NCBI GenBank assembly: GCA_024280895.1
Contig: JAJRPI010000024.1
Location: 14-64,013, forward strand
Direction: 5' to 3'
DNA: 64,000 nucleotides
Source: Alphaproteobacteria bacterium
Lineage (GTDB): Bacteria > Pseudomonadota > Alphaproteobacteria > Rhizobiales > JAKIUO01
Made by a program: the position numbers and the translations under genes. The notes beneath the pieces were generated by a model. That model did not search any database, was not told where the DNA came from, and saw only the letters and a list, made by a program, of their open reading frames with translations. Positions 41,418-51,839 of this stretch are shown here, piece by piece (position 1 is the stretch's first letter; each line of letters starts with the position of its first letter).

Positions 41418-42965
41418 TCAGGCCTCGACAGTGAATTGCCCCATCATACCAGCATCTTCATGTTCGAGTATATGGCAATGATACATGTAGGGCCGCTCGG
41501 GATCGGCATAATCCTCGAATTTGGCAATGACGCGAACCGTTTCACCAGCACCCACCAACACCGTATCCTTTAACCCGGTTTCTTGTCCGCGCGGCGGTTT
41601 GCCGTTGCGATCAAGGATCTGGAACTGGATATCATGAATATGGAAAGGATGAGCCATCGGAGATTTGTTGACCACTTCCCAGATTTCGGTGGCGCCAAGT
41701 TTGACCCGTTCATCAATACGTTTCATGTCCATCTCGCGGCCATTGATGGTAAAGCCACCACCGCCCCCGCCCATCATCATCATGGGCCCCATGCCCATTT
41801 CGAGCACGAAGCGGCGGGTATTGCTGGCATCACTTGCTTTCATCAAGGGTATCTGAATGAGCTTCGATGGTATAGCGGGCGAGGCTTTAAGAGCGCTTGA
41901 GGGTTGGATCTGAAGCACCTGAAAACGGCGATTATCGCCCCCCATCATGCCCATCATGCGGCGCATCATGCCACCTCCCATCATACCGCCGCCGCCGCCC
42001 ATCATGCCCATTCCGTCAGCTGCTTCATGGGGGTAGGTGACCAGCTCGGCCATCTTTTGATCGCTGACATCGACAATGATCTCAGTGCGCTCGCCGGGAG
42101 AAATTACCACGCGGTTGGTCTTGAACGGGGCGCGCAGCAAGCTGCCATCACCGGCAATGATCTGGAACATGCGATCATCCGCAAACCCAAGATTATAGAT
42201 CCGGGCATTTGAGCCGTTCAGCAATCTTAGTCGCACCTTGCCTGTGGTGGCCTTGAACTGTGGGGCGATGGCGCCATTGACCAGTAAGACATCTCCCTTC
42301 ATGCCCATCATGCGGTCGGGCATGGAGGAGAGATAATCCAAGGAGCCATCACGATTGAAACGCTTGTCTTGCAGAACGAGAGGGATATCATCGACGCCAT
42401 AGTCTGATGGTAAGGCAAGGTCTGGTGTGCGTTGGTCATTGACGATCATTGCCCCTGCCATGCCGAGATAGGCATGAAGGCCGGTCTTGTGCATCAGATG
42501 TGGGTGATACCAGAACATGCCTGCATTTTGTTTCACCTTGAAGGTCGGCGTCCAGGTTTTCCCGGGTTCAATCACCTGATGAGGGCCGCCATCGGCGCGC
42601 GCTGGAATATGTAGCCCATGCCAGTGGATCGTAGTCGGCTCGCCGATACCATTTTTGACGCGTATTTCCACCTGCTCCCCATCGGTGAGATTCAAAGTGG
42701 GGCCGAGATAGGGGCCGTTAATGCCAAGCGTTGGCGTCGAAAGACCCGGTAAAAATTGCGCTTGTCCCCGCTGTAGAGCTAGATCAAAGATACGTACCCC
42801 AGATTCAACGCGCCCCTTGTCGAGTGGCGGGATCGGCAGTTTGACGAGATTATCCGAGCGGGCCTGTACGGGACCAGCTCCAGGGGCTGAGCGTAAACCT
42901 GCACCAAGTGCTGTTAAAGCAACGCCTGCTGTCAGACCGGTTACGACTGTTCGTCTTGTTATCAT
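41418..42965 (-). CDS. Tat-exported multicopper oxidase (CueO-like) with Met/Gly-rich insertions
   Basis: TRRTVV Tat signal and copper ligand motifs HWHG, WYHPH, HPFHIH, YHCHILEHEDAGMM. Confidence 0.92.
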   Translation of the reverse strand: MITRRTVVTGLTAGVALTALGAGLRSAPGAGPVQARSDNLVKLPIPPLDKGRVESGVRIFDLALQRGQAQFLPGLSTPTLGINGPYLGPTLNLTDGEQVEIRVKNGIGEPTTIHWHGLHIPARADGGPHQVIEPGKTWTPTFKVKQNAGMFWYHPHLMHKTGLHAYLGMAGAMIVNDQRTPDLALPSDYGVDDIPLVLQDKRFNRDGSLDYLSSMPDRMMGMKGDVLLVNGAIAPQFKATTGKVRLRLLNGSNARIYNLGFADDRMFQIIAGDGSLLRAPFKTNRVVISPGERTEIIVDVSDQKMAELVTYPHEAADGMGMMGGGGGMMGGGMMRRMMGMMGGDNRRFQVLQIQPSSALKASPAIPSKLIQIPLMKASDASNTRRFVLEMGMGPMMMMGGGGGGFTINGREMDMKRIDERVKLGATEIWEVVNKSPMAHPFHIHDIQFQILDRNGKPPRGQETGLKDTVLVGAGETVRVIAKFEDYADPERPYMYHCHILEHEDAGMMGQFTVEA

Positions 42966-42992
42966 TTCAAACCCTCACTTTTGTGTATTGAA

Positions 42993-43264
42993 TTATTTCA
43001 GCAAAGCTTTCTTGCTTTGGGTGTACTCGCGTTCATCTATTTGGCCGCGCGCATAGCGTTCTTTAAGAATATCGAGCGGGGTGCGTGGGTGCGTGGGTGC
43101 GTGGGTGGTCGATCGGCGCGACCGCTGATCCAACGGAAAAACAGCACCGCAAGAAAAATGGCCAACACCCAAAACCCGATCATGATCAAGGGACCTATAA
43201 ACATGCCGCCACCTCCTCCAAACCAGCCAAATCCATCCATCATTGCGTTTTGTTTCCACATCAT
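42993..43264 (-). pseudogene. SHOCT-domain membrane protein, frameshifted in an 8-bp tandem repeat
   Basis: The TM part (MMWKQ...GMFIGPLIMIGFWVLAIFLAVLFFRW) and the SHOCT part (PLDILKERYARGQIDEREY) are in different frames. Deleting one 8-bp unit joins them into an 87-aa protein. Confidence 0.75.
43079..43107. repeat. (GGGTGCGT)3.6 octamer tandem repeat
   Basis: GGGTGCGT GGGTGCGT GGGTGCGT GGGTG read directly from the sequence. Confidence 0.9.
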
Positions 43265-43731
43265 CTTTGTTCCGATCCATGATCTCAAAAATCATATTCT
43301 TCATGAAAGATAATGATTCCAGCTACTGGAAGCTCAAGAGCTAGGAAATGAAAGGGCATCACAAAGCTGTGATTCAGATTTCAATAGAAGAATTGTGATG
43401 AGTGGCTGGCAATCTAAACGCTGTTAGGCCCCAAAGATGTTAATGTCCAACTGGAACCCGTTGGCACAAAAATGGCCGCAATCGGCAAGGAAGTGATGGC
43501 GATGTCATCCCCACTCATGCCACCGAATTTTTTCCGGCTTGGGGATGGGGGTCTTTACCCGAATGTTCCCGTTGGGCTGTATCATCGGTTCTTGGAGTAT
43601 TGGTGCAAAGATGATCTCTGCGGGATCAATTCGGCGTATGATTAATGAAATGTAAATCAATCCGAAATAGCACTTGTCATATTAGACTCTCGTTATGGCC
43701 CGATTTTTTTTGACAGCTTGTGGGAACGAAA

Positions 43732-45513
43732 ATGAACAACCAGCATGAAAAACACAAACCCAACCAATCTGGCAAGTCAATGAAAATTGGCACCAAGATT
43801 TTTGCTCTGGTGGGCTTTTGCCTGGGGTTGCTTGTCCTTGTTTCAGGGGTTGGCATTTGGCAGATGAACAAGGTCGGCGTGGAAATCGAAGCAATTGCAG
43901 AACGAGATATGCCGCTAACTGAAGCCCTGGCGCTGGTTACTATTCATCAGCTTGAACAGGCTGTAAATCTGGAGCGCTCTTTTCGTGCAGCTATCGAGAT
44001 GAGCACACGCCCTGAAGCAAAAGCTGAATTTAAAAAAGCTGTTCGTAAGTTTGAAAAGCTGTCAAAGAAGGTCAAAAAAGAATTCGGGGCCGCTGAGGAA
44101 ATCGCTCAGCAAGCCCGCGACACAGCGGTAACAGATCGAGGGCGGCACGAATTTGCCAGTGTGCTAGGAGTTTTGAAGAAGCTTAAAGCCGAGCATAGCA
44201 CATATGACAAACATGCGATCAAAGCATTCGAGTTGATAACTGCTGACAAATTGTCTTTGGCGATCCAATCATTACCGAAAATCGAAATTGAGGAACAAAG
44301 TCTCTATCAAGGGTTAGGAAAAATTCTGGTAGAGGTCGAAAAATTCACGGCTCAAGCCGCTACTATGGCTGAGCAGCACGAAGTTTTCGCCTTGAAACTA
44401 TCGATGGTTATTTCCGCGCTTGCCCTGCTTACAGGCACCATTATCACGTTCTACCTGGTCAGATCGACTATTTCGCGCCCGCTTTCCGAGATTGTTATGG
44501 GGCTTGAGGCTCTTAATAATGGCGATATGACGGTTGATGTTAAAGTTCACAATAATGATGAAATTGGCGCTGTGGCAAATGCTTATGTCCTCTTCAAAAC
44601 GAAAGCGATCGAGAATCTGAATGAAGAAAAACGCAAGCTGCAAGAGAATCGTGAAAAGGAAGAAAAGCGCTCGATAATGGAGAAAGTCACGGCAGATTTT
44701 ACAACCAATGTCGGGGGCATTGTGCAAACAGTATCATCTGCATCTGTAGAACTTCAGGCAACGGCCCAGTCCATGTCTGGAATATCCGAGCAGACCAGTA
44801 ATCAAGCAGCCGAAGCATCGATGGGTTCGCGCCAGACATTGAACAATGTGCAGTCGGTCGCGACCGCTACCGAAGAACTGACAAGCACCATTGGTGAGAT
44901 CAGCGAGCAGGTGGCGCAGGCATCCAACGCATCAAGAGAGGCGGTCTCTGAGGTTAGCAACACCAGCGAGCAGATGAATTCCTTGGCGCAGACAGCCAAT
45001 AAAATTGGTGATGTGGTCGAGATGATTTCCGGAATTGCCGAGCAGACAAATCTGTTGGCTTTGAACGCTACGATTGAGGCTGCGCGGGCAGGTGAATCTG
45101 GTAAAGGCTTTGCGGTCGTTGCCGGTGAGGTCAAACAGCTGGCTAGTCAGACTGCCAAGGCAACAGGCGAAATCTCAAAACAGATTAGCGATATTCAAAA
45201 CGCCACCAAACAGGCCTCTGGTTCGATGGATAGTGTGGTCGAGGCGATTGGCAAGGTCGATGAAATCTCAACGGCGATTGCAGCCGCTATGGAAGAGCAA
45301 GGTGCCGCAACGCAGGAAATTGCCAGCAGCGTCAGTCAAGCGGCCATTGGGACCCAGCAGGTCAATGACAATATTACCTCTGTGTCGGAAGCCTCGCAAG
45401 AAACCGGAGCGGCCTCAGGCGAAGTTATGTCAGCGGCAGACGAGTTGTCGCAGCAAGCCGTGCTGCTGCAAAGTGAAGTGAACGGCTTTATCGAAAAAAT
45501 ACGGGCGGGCTAG
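43732..45513 (+). CDS. Methyl-accepting chemotaxis protein (2 TM, HAMP, MCP signalling domain)
   Basis: Two TM helices flanking a helical periplasmic domain, HAMP (NDEIGAVA), and [37 protein letters not shown]. Start uncertain (43720, 43732 or 43780). Confidence 0.93.
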   Translation: MNNQHEKHKPNQSGKSMKIGTKIFALVGFCLGLLVLVSGVGIWQMNKVGVEIEAIAERDMPLTEALALVTIHQLEQAVNLERSFRAAIEMSTRPEAKAEFKKAVRKFEKLSKKVKKEFGAAEEIAQQARDTAVTDRGRHEFASVLGVLKKLKAEHSTYDKHAIKAFELITADKLSLAIQSLPKIEIEEQSLYQGLGKILVEVEKFTAQAATMAEQHEVFALKLSMVISALALLTGTIITFYLVRSTISRPLSEIVMGLEALNNGDMTVDVKVHNNDEIGAVANAYVLFKTKAIENLNEEKRKLQENREKEEKRSIMEKVTADFTTNVGGIVQTVSSASVELQATAQSMSGISEQTSNQAAEASMGSRQTLNNVQSVATATEELTSTIGEISEQVAQASNASREAVSEVSNTSEQMNSLAQTANKIGDVVEMISGIAEQTNLLALNATIEAARAGESGKGFAVVAGEVKQLASQTAKATGEISKQISDIQNATKQASGSMDSVVEAIGKVDEISTAIAAAMEEQGAATQEIASSVSQAAIGTQQVNDNITSVSEASQETGAASGEVMSAADELSQQAVLLQSEVNGFIEKIRAG

Positions 45514-45594
45514 TGCCCTTCATGTGTTAGAGCGCCAAAATACGGGGGCGTCCCCAGCAATCTTCCGGTCTGGCTCTTTTGACGTTCTTTTAAT

Positions 45595-46326
45595 TTACCG
45601 CTCGCGCAAACTAATGGCGCTTGGCACGGGTATGAGCCTTGCCGGGATGCGGGATTTTTCTTGCTTGAGCAGGCCGCTATAGACCTGTTTTTTTGCACAC
45701 ACAATATGTACGCCGGCAAAGGCTGGCCACAGGCGGGCACCGGTGCGCTCAAAGGCGATTGCAAAGCGGATCAACAAGGAACGGTGCGAGGGCGGCATGA
45801 ACAGGGCCGGGTGCCAAGATTGCGGGTTAAAATTGGTCTCGGCCAGCAGTTTTTCCAGCTGGGCGCGTGAATAGGGACGGCCATGACCAAAGGGGGTACT
45901 CTCTGGTCCAGCCCACGGGCCGCGCCGGTTCGGTACGATCAATAAAAGCTCGCCTTCTGGTTTGAGGACGCGCCAGGTTTCTTGCAGCATATCATGGCCG
46001 TTCTCACTCATCTCCAGGGCATGCACCATCAGCACGCGCTCAACGGAGCTATCAGGGAGGGGCAGATTGCTTTCATCAATAAGCGCCGCCTTATAGGGGC
46101 CTTCCGGAGGCCACATGGTGACCCCTTGATGGGCAGGCATCAAGGCGCAAACGGGGGTGCGCTGCAAAAAGGTGCGTAGATAAGGGGTGGCATAACCTAG
46201 GCCAACGATTTGTTCTCCGTGGGCATCTGGCCAGATATTACGGATCTGTCGACGTATGAGACGCCGGGCGACAGCGCCAAGCGGCGTTTCGTAAAAATCG
46301 CGAACTTCGGTGACAAACAGATGCAT
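45595..46326 (-). CDS. Class I SAM-dependent methyltransferase (family often adjacent to gloB)
   Basis: RDFYETPLG, VGLGYATPYL, LPLPDSSVERVLMVHALE, PFGHGRPYSR.QL. Confidence 0.85.
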   Translation of the reverse strand: MHLFVTEVRDFYETPLGAVARRLIRRQIRNIWPDAHGEQIVGLGYATPYLRTFLQRTPVCALMPAHQGVTMWPPEGPYKAALIDESNLPLPDSSVERVLMVHALEMSENGHDMLQETWRVLKPEGELLLIVPNRRGPWAGPESTPFGHGRPYSRAQLEKLLAETNFNPQSWHPALFMPPSHRSLLIRFAIAFERTGARLWPAFAGVHIVCAKKQVYSGLLKQEKSRIPARLIPVPSAISLRER

Positions 46327-46365
46327 GGATCAGGCCTGACTTTTTCCCTCTTGTGCGTTGGCCAA

Positions 46366-47241
46366 TTACCTTGTTGGCACCGGCTCGTCGCCACGATAGT
46401 CGTAAAATCCCCGACCGGCTTTTTTGCCAAGCCAACCCGCTTCTACATATTTAACAAGCAGCGGGCAGGGGCGGTATTTGCTGTCGGCCAGCCCCTCATA
46501 AAGCACCTGCATGATCGACAGGCAGGTATCAAGGCCAATGAAGTCGGCCAGTTGCAGCGGGCCCATGGGATGATGAGCGCCATAGACCAGCGCACGATCA
46601 ATTTCGTGAACCGAGCCGACCCCTTCATATAATACATAAATCGCTTCATTGATCATCGGCATCAAGATGCGGTTGACCATGAAGGCGGGGAAATCTTCGG
46701 AAATGGCAATCACCTTGCCAAGGCTTTTAACGAATTTGCGTGAGGCGTTAAAGGTCGGGTCTTCGGTGGCGATGCCGCGAATAAGCTCCACCAGCTCCAT
46801 GCGTGGCACGGGGTTCATGAAGTGCATGCCCAGAAACTGTTCGGGGCGACCAGAACTTGCGGCCAGACGGGTGATCGATATGCTGGATGTGTTGGTGGCC
46901 ATGATGGCCTCGCTTTTCATCACTTTTGCCAGCTGTTCAAACAACTCGTTCTTGGCCTGCTCATTTTCGATGATCGCTTCGATAACCAGATCATGATCGG
47001 CAAAATCATTCAGATCATGACTGGTACTGATTTTTGCGAGCGCTGATTTTTGCGCATCTGATGTGATGATTTCTTTTTTGACCTGATAGGCCATATTCTG
47101 CTCGATGGACAAAAGAGCATCTTTTAATGCCTCTGAGGATGCGTCATTGATCATGACATCATATCCGGCCAGCGCGATGACATGGGCAATACCCTTGCCC
47201 ATCTGCCCTGCTCCAACGATCCCGACTTTTTTGATTTCCAT
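46366..47241 (-). CDS. hbd: 3-hydroxybutyryl-CoA dehydrogenase
   Basis: VGIVGAGQMGKGIA, ATNTSSISIT, GMHFMNPVP, HPMGPLQLADFIGLD. Start placed at ATG 47241. Confidence 0.92.
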   Translation of the reverse strand: MEIKKVGIVGAGQMGKGIAHVIALAGYDVMINDASSEALKDALLSIEQNMAYQVKKEIITSDAQKSALAKISTSHDLNDFADHDLVIEAIIENEQAKNELFEQLAKVMKSEAIMATNTSSISITRLAASSGRPEQFLGMHFMNPVPRMELVELIRGIATEDPTFNASRKFVKSLGKVIAISEDFPAFMVNRILMPMINEAIYVLYEGVGSVHEIDRALVYGAHHPMGPLQLADFIGLDTCLSIMQVLYEGLADSKYRPCPLLVKYVEAGWLGKKAGRGFYDYRGDEPVPTR

Positions 47242-47362
47242 CGTCTTTTCTCCAAACGATTTTTGACCTGGTCTACGCAAATTTTAAAAACAGGTTCGAC
47301 TTTAAGAAATACCCCAATTTTTAGTTCGATTGAAGCATTGTTTTTTAAAGTGGTTTATCGGC

Positions 47363-48304
47363 TTATGATTGCTCATCGGCAAGGGCTTTTTGTAATTGCG
47401 GCAATAGAGTATGAAGATCGCCAATCATGCCATAGTCGGCGACCTTGAATATGGGGGCCTCAACATCCTTGTTGATGGCGATGATTTTCCCCGCATCCTT
47501 GATACCGGCAATATGCTGGACGGCTCCTGAGATACCAAGCGCGATATAGAGATCAGGGGCGATCTGTACGCCGGTCTGACCGACCTGCAAATGATGGGGC
47601 GCCCATCCCATATCAACGGCAATGCGAGAGGCTCCAAGCGCTGCCCCCAATTGATCAGCAAAGCCTTCCAGCTTGTGAAACCCTTCCTTTGAGCCAACAC
47701 CACGCCCCCCGGCTATGACAATCTTTGCCTGCGAAAGGTCAGGGCGTGCCTCATTGGTTTCAACATACTCCAGAATTTCGATCTGCTGGCTGCTGGCAGG
47801 GAGAAGCAGCTCCTTGATGGGGCAGGCGCTTTGGCTCTCTACTGGATCAAAATTAGCGGCTCTGATGGTCGCCAACAATTTGTCATCGTGGCTTGAAATT
47901 TGCTCGACCAGCGAACCGGCATAGATGGGGCGCTCGAAGGTCTGATGGTCGAGAATGGTGCTAAGGCCGGTGAGGGGGGCGATGCCTAGCTGGGCGGCCA
48001 AGAGCAGCAAAACATGTTTTTGTATGCCCGTATTTGTGGTGATCAGGGCTTTATGATTGACCATTAAGGGGCGCAGGAAGGCGGCTATATCTTCAAACCC
48101 AAGCACACCGGGTTGGGGGGAGGGAAGTGTGGAGACCTGTTTGACACCCGCAAGTTCTGCGATCGCTCGGTGCTGATCTGGATCATGCGATCCAATCGAG
48201 ACAACACACACGTCTTCGCCCAGTTTGAGGGCGGCATTGATGAGCCTTGATGTCATATCAAGCGATTGACTTTTATCGTTTAAAGCAAGCACGAGTGTGG
48301 TCAT
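47363..48304 (-). CDS. etfA: Electron transfer flavoprotein alpha subunit (divergent N-terminus)
   Basis: RPIYAG, IAGGRGVGS, QVGQTG, LYIALGISGAVQHIAGIK, AINKD.EAPIF. Confidence 0.9.
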   Translation of the reverse strand: MTTLVLALNDKSQSLDMTSRLINAALKLGEDVCVVSIGSHDPDQHRAIAELAGVKQVSTLPSPQPGVLGFEDIAAFLRPLMVNHKALITTNTGIQKHVLLLLAAQLGIAPLTGLSTILDHQTFERPIYAGSLVEQISSHDDKLLATIRAANFDPVESQSACPIKELLLPASSQQIEILEYVETNEARPDLSQAKIVIAGGRGVGSKEGFHKLEGFADQLGAALGASRIAVDMGWAPHHLQVGQTGVQIAPDLYIALGISGAVQHIAGIKDAGKIIAINKDVEAPIFKVADYGMIGDLHTLLPQLQKALADEQS

Positions 48305-49056
48305 TTCAACAATCCATCCGTTCGCAATTGGGCGGCCAGGTCAGCGGTGCTGTCGAAAAACTGGCAAGCTGGCCGCGCAGCTGGTTCGCGGTATTTGATC
48401 AAGGAAACGGTTTGCTTGAGCGTCACTGGTATGTCGGTCAAAGGTCTGCTTACAATGGGTTTTTGACGGGCTTTCATCATGGCGGGCAGGCTGACCGGGC
48501 GCGGCTCAATGAGATGTAGTTCGCAACTGACAATGGCGGGCAAGGCTGCTCTGGCGCGGGCCTGGCCATTATCGTGATCTGAGCTGGCGACTATATGCTT
48601 GCCCTCGATCTCTATTTTGAAGCTATCGGGCAGTAAAGGCGCGTTGAGGAACCCCGCCAGCAGGGTAGGCGTCTGGCCCGCGTCACTGTCAACCGATTGC
48701 TTGCCCATCAAGGCAAGATCAACCTGTTCTTCGCGAAATATATGCGCAAGGATGCCAGCAATATCGAAAGGTTGCAGAGTTTGATCTTCGCTTGTCACGA
48801 TATGGATGGCTCTATCCGCCCCCATCGCCAATGCGGTGCGCAGGGTGTCTGCGGTTTTTTCGCCGCCAATCGAGACGGCGATCAGCTCACTTGCTTCCCC
48901 GCCAGCGCGCATCATCGCAGCTTTGGCAAGGGCAACCTCGTCGAATGGATTAAGGGCATGAGGCTGGTTCGCGCTGACAATATTTTTGCCCTCAAGGTCG
49001 ATCCGAACGGGGACATTTGGATCGATGACCCGTTTGACCGGCACAAGTATTTTCAT
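48301..49056 (-). CDS. etfB: Electron transfer flavoprotein beta subunit (divergent)
   Basis: MKILVPVKRVID, NPFDE, LAMGADRAI, GKQSVDSDAGQT. Confidence 0.9.
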   Translation of the reverse strand: MKILVPVKRVIDPNVPVRIDLEGKNIVSANQPHALNPFDEVALAKAAMMRAGGEASELIAVSIGGEKTADTLRTALAMGADRAIHIVTSEDQTLQPFDIAGILAHIFREEQVDLALMGKQSVDSDAGQTPTLLAGFLNAPLLPDSFKIEIEGKHIVASSDHDNGQARARAALPAIVSCELHLIEPRPVSLPAMMKARQKPIVSRPLTDIPVTLKQTVSLIKYREPAARPACQFFDSTADLAAQLRTDGLLK

Positions 49057-49074
49057 GGGCTAAGGGCTTATCCG

Positions 49075-49767
49075 CTATTGAAAGAGTTTGACGTTGGGGC
49101 GACGCATTATGAGCACCAACACGGCACCAGCAGCAAGGCCGCCAATATGGGCCCACCAGGCTGTACCAGATTGTCCAGCGCTCATCAGGCTGACAAATTG
49201 TATGGCAACCCAGGCACCCAGCACATAAAGTGCGCGCAGTTTCAAAGAAATAACGCCAAACGCCAGCACCCAGACAAGTACATTGGGGTGCAGCATCAAA
49301 TAGGCGGCGATGACACCCGCAACCGCGCCACTGGCGCCTATTAGCGGAATATTTGAAGTGGGGGCCATCACGCTGTGAGCATAACCGGCCAGCACGCCGC
49401 AGATCAGATAGAAGATCAGGAACATGAAATGGCCCATGGCATCTTCGACATTGTCACCAAACACCCATAAAAACAGCATATTGCCGATGAGGTGCATCCA
49501 GCCACCATGCAAAAACATATAGCTGAGCGGCGTGATGGCTTCGGGAGTGGCGCCGATCACCTGCACGGCACTCGTGGCGCACACATCAAGGCCGAGCAAT
49601 TGGCAAGGAATGATCGCCATATCGACGATACCGGCATGCCCGATGTTAAAAACAAGACCGCTCTGGTAGACGACATAGATAAAGACGTTTACGGCAATCA
49701 GCCCGATGGTCACAAAGGGAAAAGAAATGGAGCGCAGGGGATTATCATCATGCAGCGGGATAAACAT
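49075..49767 (-). CDS. Rhomboid-family intramembrane serine protease
   Basis: FLHGGWMHLIGNMLFLWVFG, GASG (catalytic Ser), AHIGG (catalytic His). Confidence 0.92.
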   Translation of the reverse strand: MFIPLHDDNPLRSISFPFVTIGLIAVNVFIYVVYQSGLVFNIGHAGIVDMAIIPCQLLGLDVCATSAVQVIGATPEAITPLSYMFLHGGWMHLIGNMLFLWVFGDNVEDAMGHFMFLIFYLICGVLAGYAHSVMAPTSNIPLIGASGAVAGVIAAYLMLHPNVLVWVLAFGVISLKLRALYVLGAWVAIQFVSLMSAGQSGTAWWAHIGGLAAGAVLVLIMRRPNVKLFQ

Positions 49768-49790
49768 TTTGGCAAAAGTCCTCGAACGAA

Positions 49791-49982
49791 TTAAGGCGTG
49801 TTGAAATAAAAACTGGCCATAACCAGGAGGACCGCCACGAACTGCATGCCAACGCGCCAGCGCATGAGTTTTTGCGACAGATCCACGGAGCCATCGCGGC
49901 TCATATTAACAATGCCGAACAGCAAAATCGCTGCGACACTGAAGACAGCAAGCATGATCAGAATACTGATTGAAAATGGCAT
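49791..49982 (-). CDS. Twin-transmembrane small protein (HIG1-like)
   Basis: Two TM helices around SQKLMRWRVGMQ; usual position upstream of etfB. Confidence 0.8.
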   Translation of the reverse strand: MPFSISILIMLAVFSVAAILLFGIVNMSRDGSVDLSQKLMRWRVGMQFVAVLLVMASFYFNTP

Positions 49983-50035
49983 ATTTTTTCCCTTTGCGCG
50001 ATTGTAACACAAAAAAATTGAAAAGGCAGTGCGAA

Positions 50036-50755
50036 TTACTGCAAGGTGCCGCCGCCCTCATTTTTTGAAGCGATTTCCATTTCTGCCAGCGCCATCAATA
50101 TCTCAGCGCGGATGTTCAGGGTTTTGGCTTCCAGCAGGGCCTGCTTTTCTTCGGGGCCATAGGGGCTGTGAATACATAGAGTATTGACGAGATAGCCCGT
50201 CGAGGAGCGATGGATCGAGCGCCAGTCAGCAGTCATGTCATTGGCGTTGAGATACAGGCGCAGTAAGGAAAGCAGTTTTTCCCGATCAACCTCGCCTTCG
50301 TCTTCATCACCATTGAGGTCGCTGGCAAAAGGTTCACAATTGATATCACAGATGCGGTAAGGCTTGGTGAGATTAGCCTCGGCTTGTACTTCAAAGCGGC
50401 AAATGCCGGTGAGGGTGACGGCCATGCGGCCATTGTCCTGCTCTTCAAAACCGGTGATACGGCCAATACATCCCGTCTTGCGCAAGGGCCAGTTTCGGTC
50501 TTGCGGGGATTCGCTGTTCTCGTCCTCGTCTGGTTCATCGGTGCTGGCCTCATCGGATCGCCGGGTTTTGGCGGCGGGCTGGATCAGGCCGATCAGGCGT
50601 TCGCGTCCCAGCACATCATCGATCATTTCCAGATAGCGCGGCTCAAAAATATTGAAAGGCAAGGCAGTACGAGGCAGCAAGACAATGCCGCGCAAAGGAA
50701 AAACGGGCAGGTCTGAAGGTAGATCACTCAGCTTGTTATAGCGCTCCGTTATCAC
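50036..50755 (-). CDS. LON peptidase substrate-binding domain protein
   Basis: LPVFPLRG..LLP...LPFNIFEPRYLEMI, GCIGRI, EEKQALLEA. Confidence 0.9.
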   Translation of the reverse strand: MITERYNKLSDLPSDLPVFPLRGIVLLPRTALPFNIFEPRYLEMIDDVLGRERLIGLIQPAAKTRRSDEASTDEPDEDENSESPQDRNWPLRKTGCIGRITGFEEQDNGRMAVTLTGICRFEVQAEANLTKPYRICDINCEPFASDLNGDEDEGEVDREKLLSLLRLYLNANDMTADWRSIHRSSTGYLVNTLCIHSPYGPEEKQALLEAKTLNIRAEILMALAEMEIASKNEGGGTLQ

Positions 50756-50791
50756 AATTGCTCCTTCGTAATTTTCTCGTTTGACAATATC

Positions 50792-51706
50792 TTATGAAAA
50801 CAAGGCGAGGGAAAGCAGGCGCCGCCCCTCAATGGTCATGGGGTCACTGGGGCCCCAGGCTTCGAACAATTGCAACAGCTGCACGCGGGCCGCGTTCTCG
50901 TTCCATTCATTATTGCGCGTGACGATCTCGATGAGATGTTGCACGGCGGCTTCTTGTTGTCCCGCCGCATTGAGGGCGAGGGCAAGATCATAGCGCGATT
51001 GATGATCGTTTGGATCATCTTCAAGCTTGGCGGCAAGTTCGCCAGCATCGCCCAGATCGGCAGTTTTGGCAGCGAGATCAAGACGGGCCTTGACGGTTTT
51101 GAGCAAGGGGTCATCCGCTTTGTCTTCTGGCGCCATATCAAGTATTTTTTGAGCTTCGGGCGGGTTATCCATCTCCAGATGGACCGTGGCCAGCCCGGCG
51201 ATTGCTTCCAGATTTTCCTTGTCCAGCTTTAGCGCCGCCACATAGCCCTCGGCGGCGGTTTGCAGATCACCAGCCGCAAGAGCGGTGCTCAAGGCTGCCA
51301 TATCGACCCCCTCATCGACCGGGACTTCGGTAACACCGAGCTTGTCGATAAAGGCTTTTATTTCACTTTCTCCAAGCGCGCCCATGAAGCCATCAACCGG
51401 TTGTCCATCCTTGAATGCGAACACGGCAGGGATCGATTGTACGCCCATTTGTCCAGCCAAAGACTGGTTCTCGTCGACATTGACTTTGACCATGCGCACC
51501 GCGCCGCCATAGCTATTGACGGCCTTTTCAAGAGCGGGGCCCAATTGTTTGCACGGGCCGCACCAAGGCGCCCAGAAATCGACAATGACCGGCACCTGTT
51601 TAGACGCTTCAATGACATCAGTGACAAAATTTTCGGTGTCGCTATCCATCACATAATTCTGACCGCTGGCGCTATCGCCCGCTTGTGCCCCGTCTATGGT
51701 CTGCAT
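50792..51706 (-). CDS. cnoX: Thioredoxin/TPR chaperedoxin (YbbN/CnoX-like)
   Basis: VIVDFWAPWCGPCKQL thioredoxin domain followed by TPR helices and ARVQLLQLF. Start placed at ATG 51706. Confidence 0.88.
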   Translation of the reverse strand: MQTIDGAQAGDSASGQNYVMDSDTENFVTDVIEASKQVPVIVDFWAPWCGPCKQLGPALEKAVNSYGGAVRMVKVNVDENQSLAGQMGVQSIPAVFAFKDGQPVDGFMGALGESEIKAFIDKLGVTEVPVDEGVDMAALSTALAAGDLQTAAEGYVAALKLDKENLEAIAGLATVHLEMDNPPEAQKILDMAPEDKADDPLLKTVKARLDLAAKTADLGDAGELAAKLEDDPNDHQSRYDLALALNAAGQQEAAVQHLIEIVTRNNEWNENAARVQLLQLFEAWGPSDPMTIEGRRLLSLALFS

Positions 51707-51839
51707 AATTTCGTGCCTTTTGTTGCAAGTGCATTTCTGCACGCTTAATCTTTGGCAAAAACAATGGTACTTCTTGCGCATTATTGCAAGGTCGGCATAG
51801 TGCAGGACATTGGAAAAACATCTTGAAAAGGGATCAGGG

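Noticed and set aside
43300-43700. Small gene or sRNA upstream of the SHOCT gene
   Set aside because: No frame with a convincing start or motif was found, and no recognisable RNA family.
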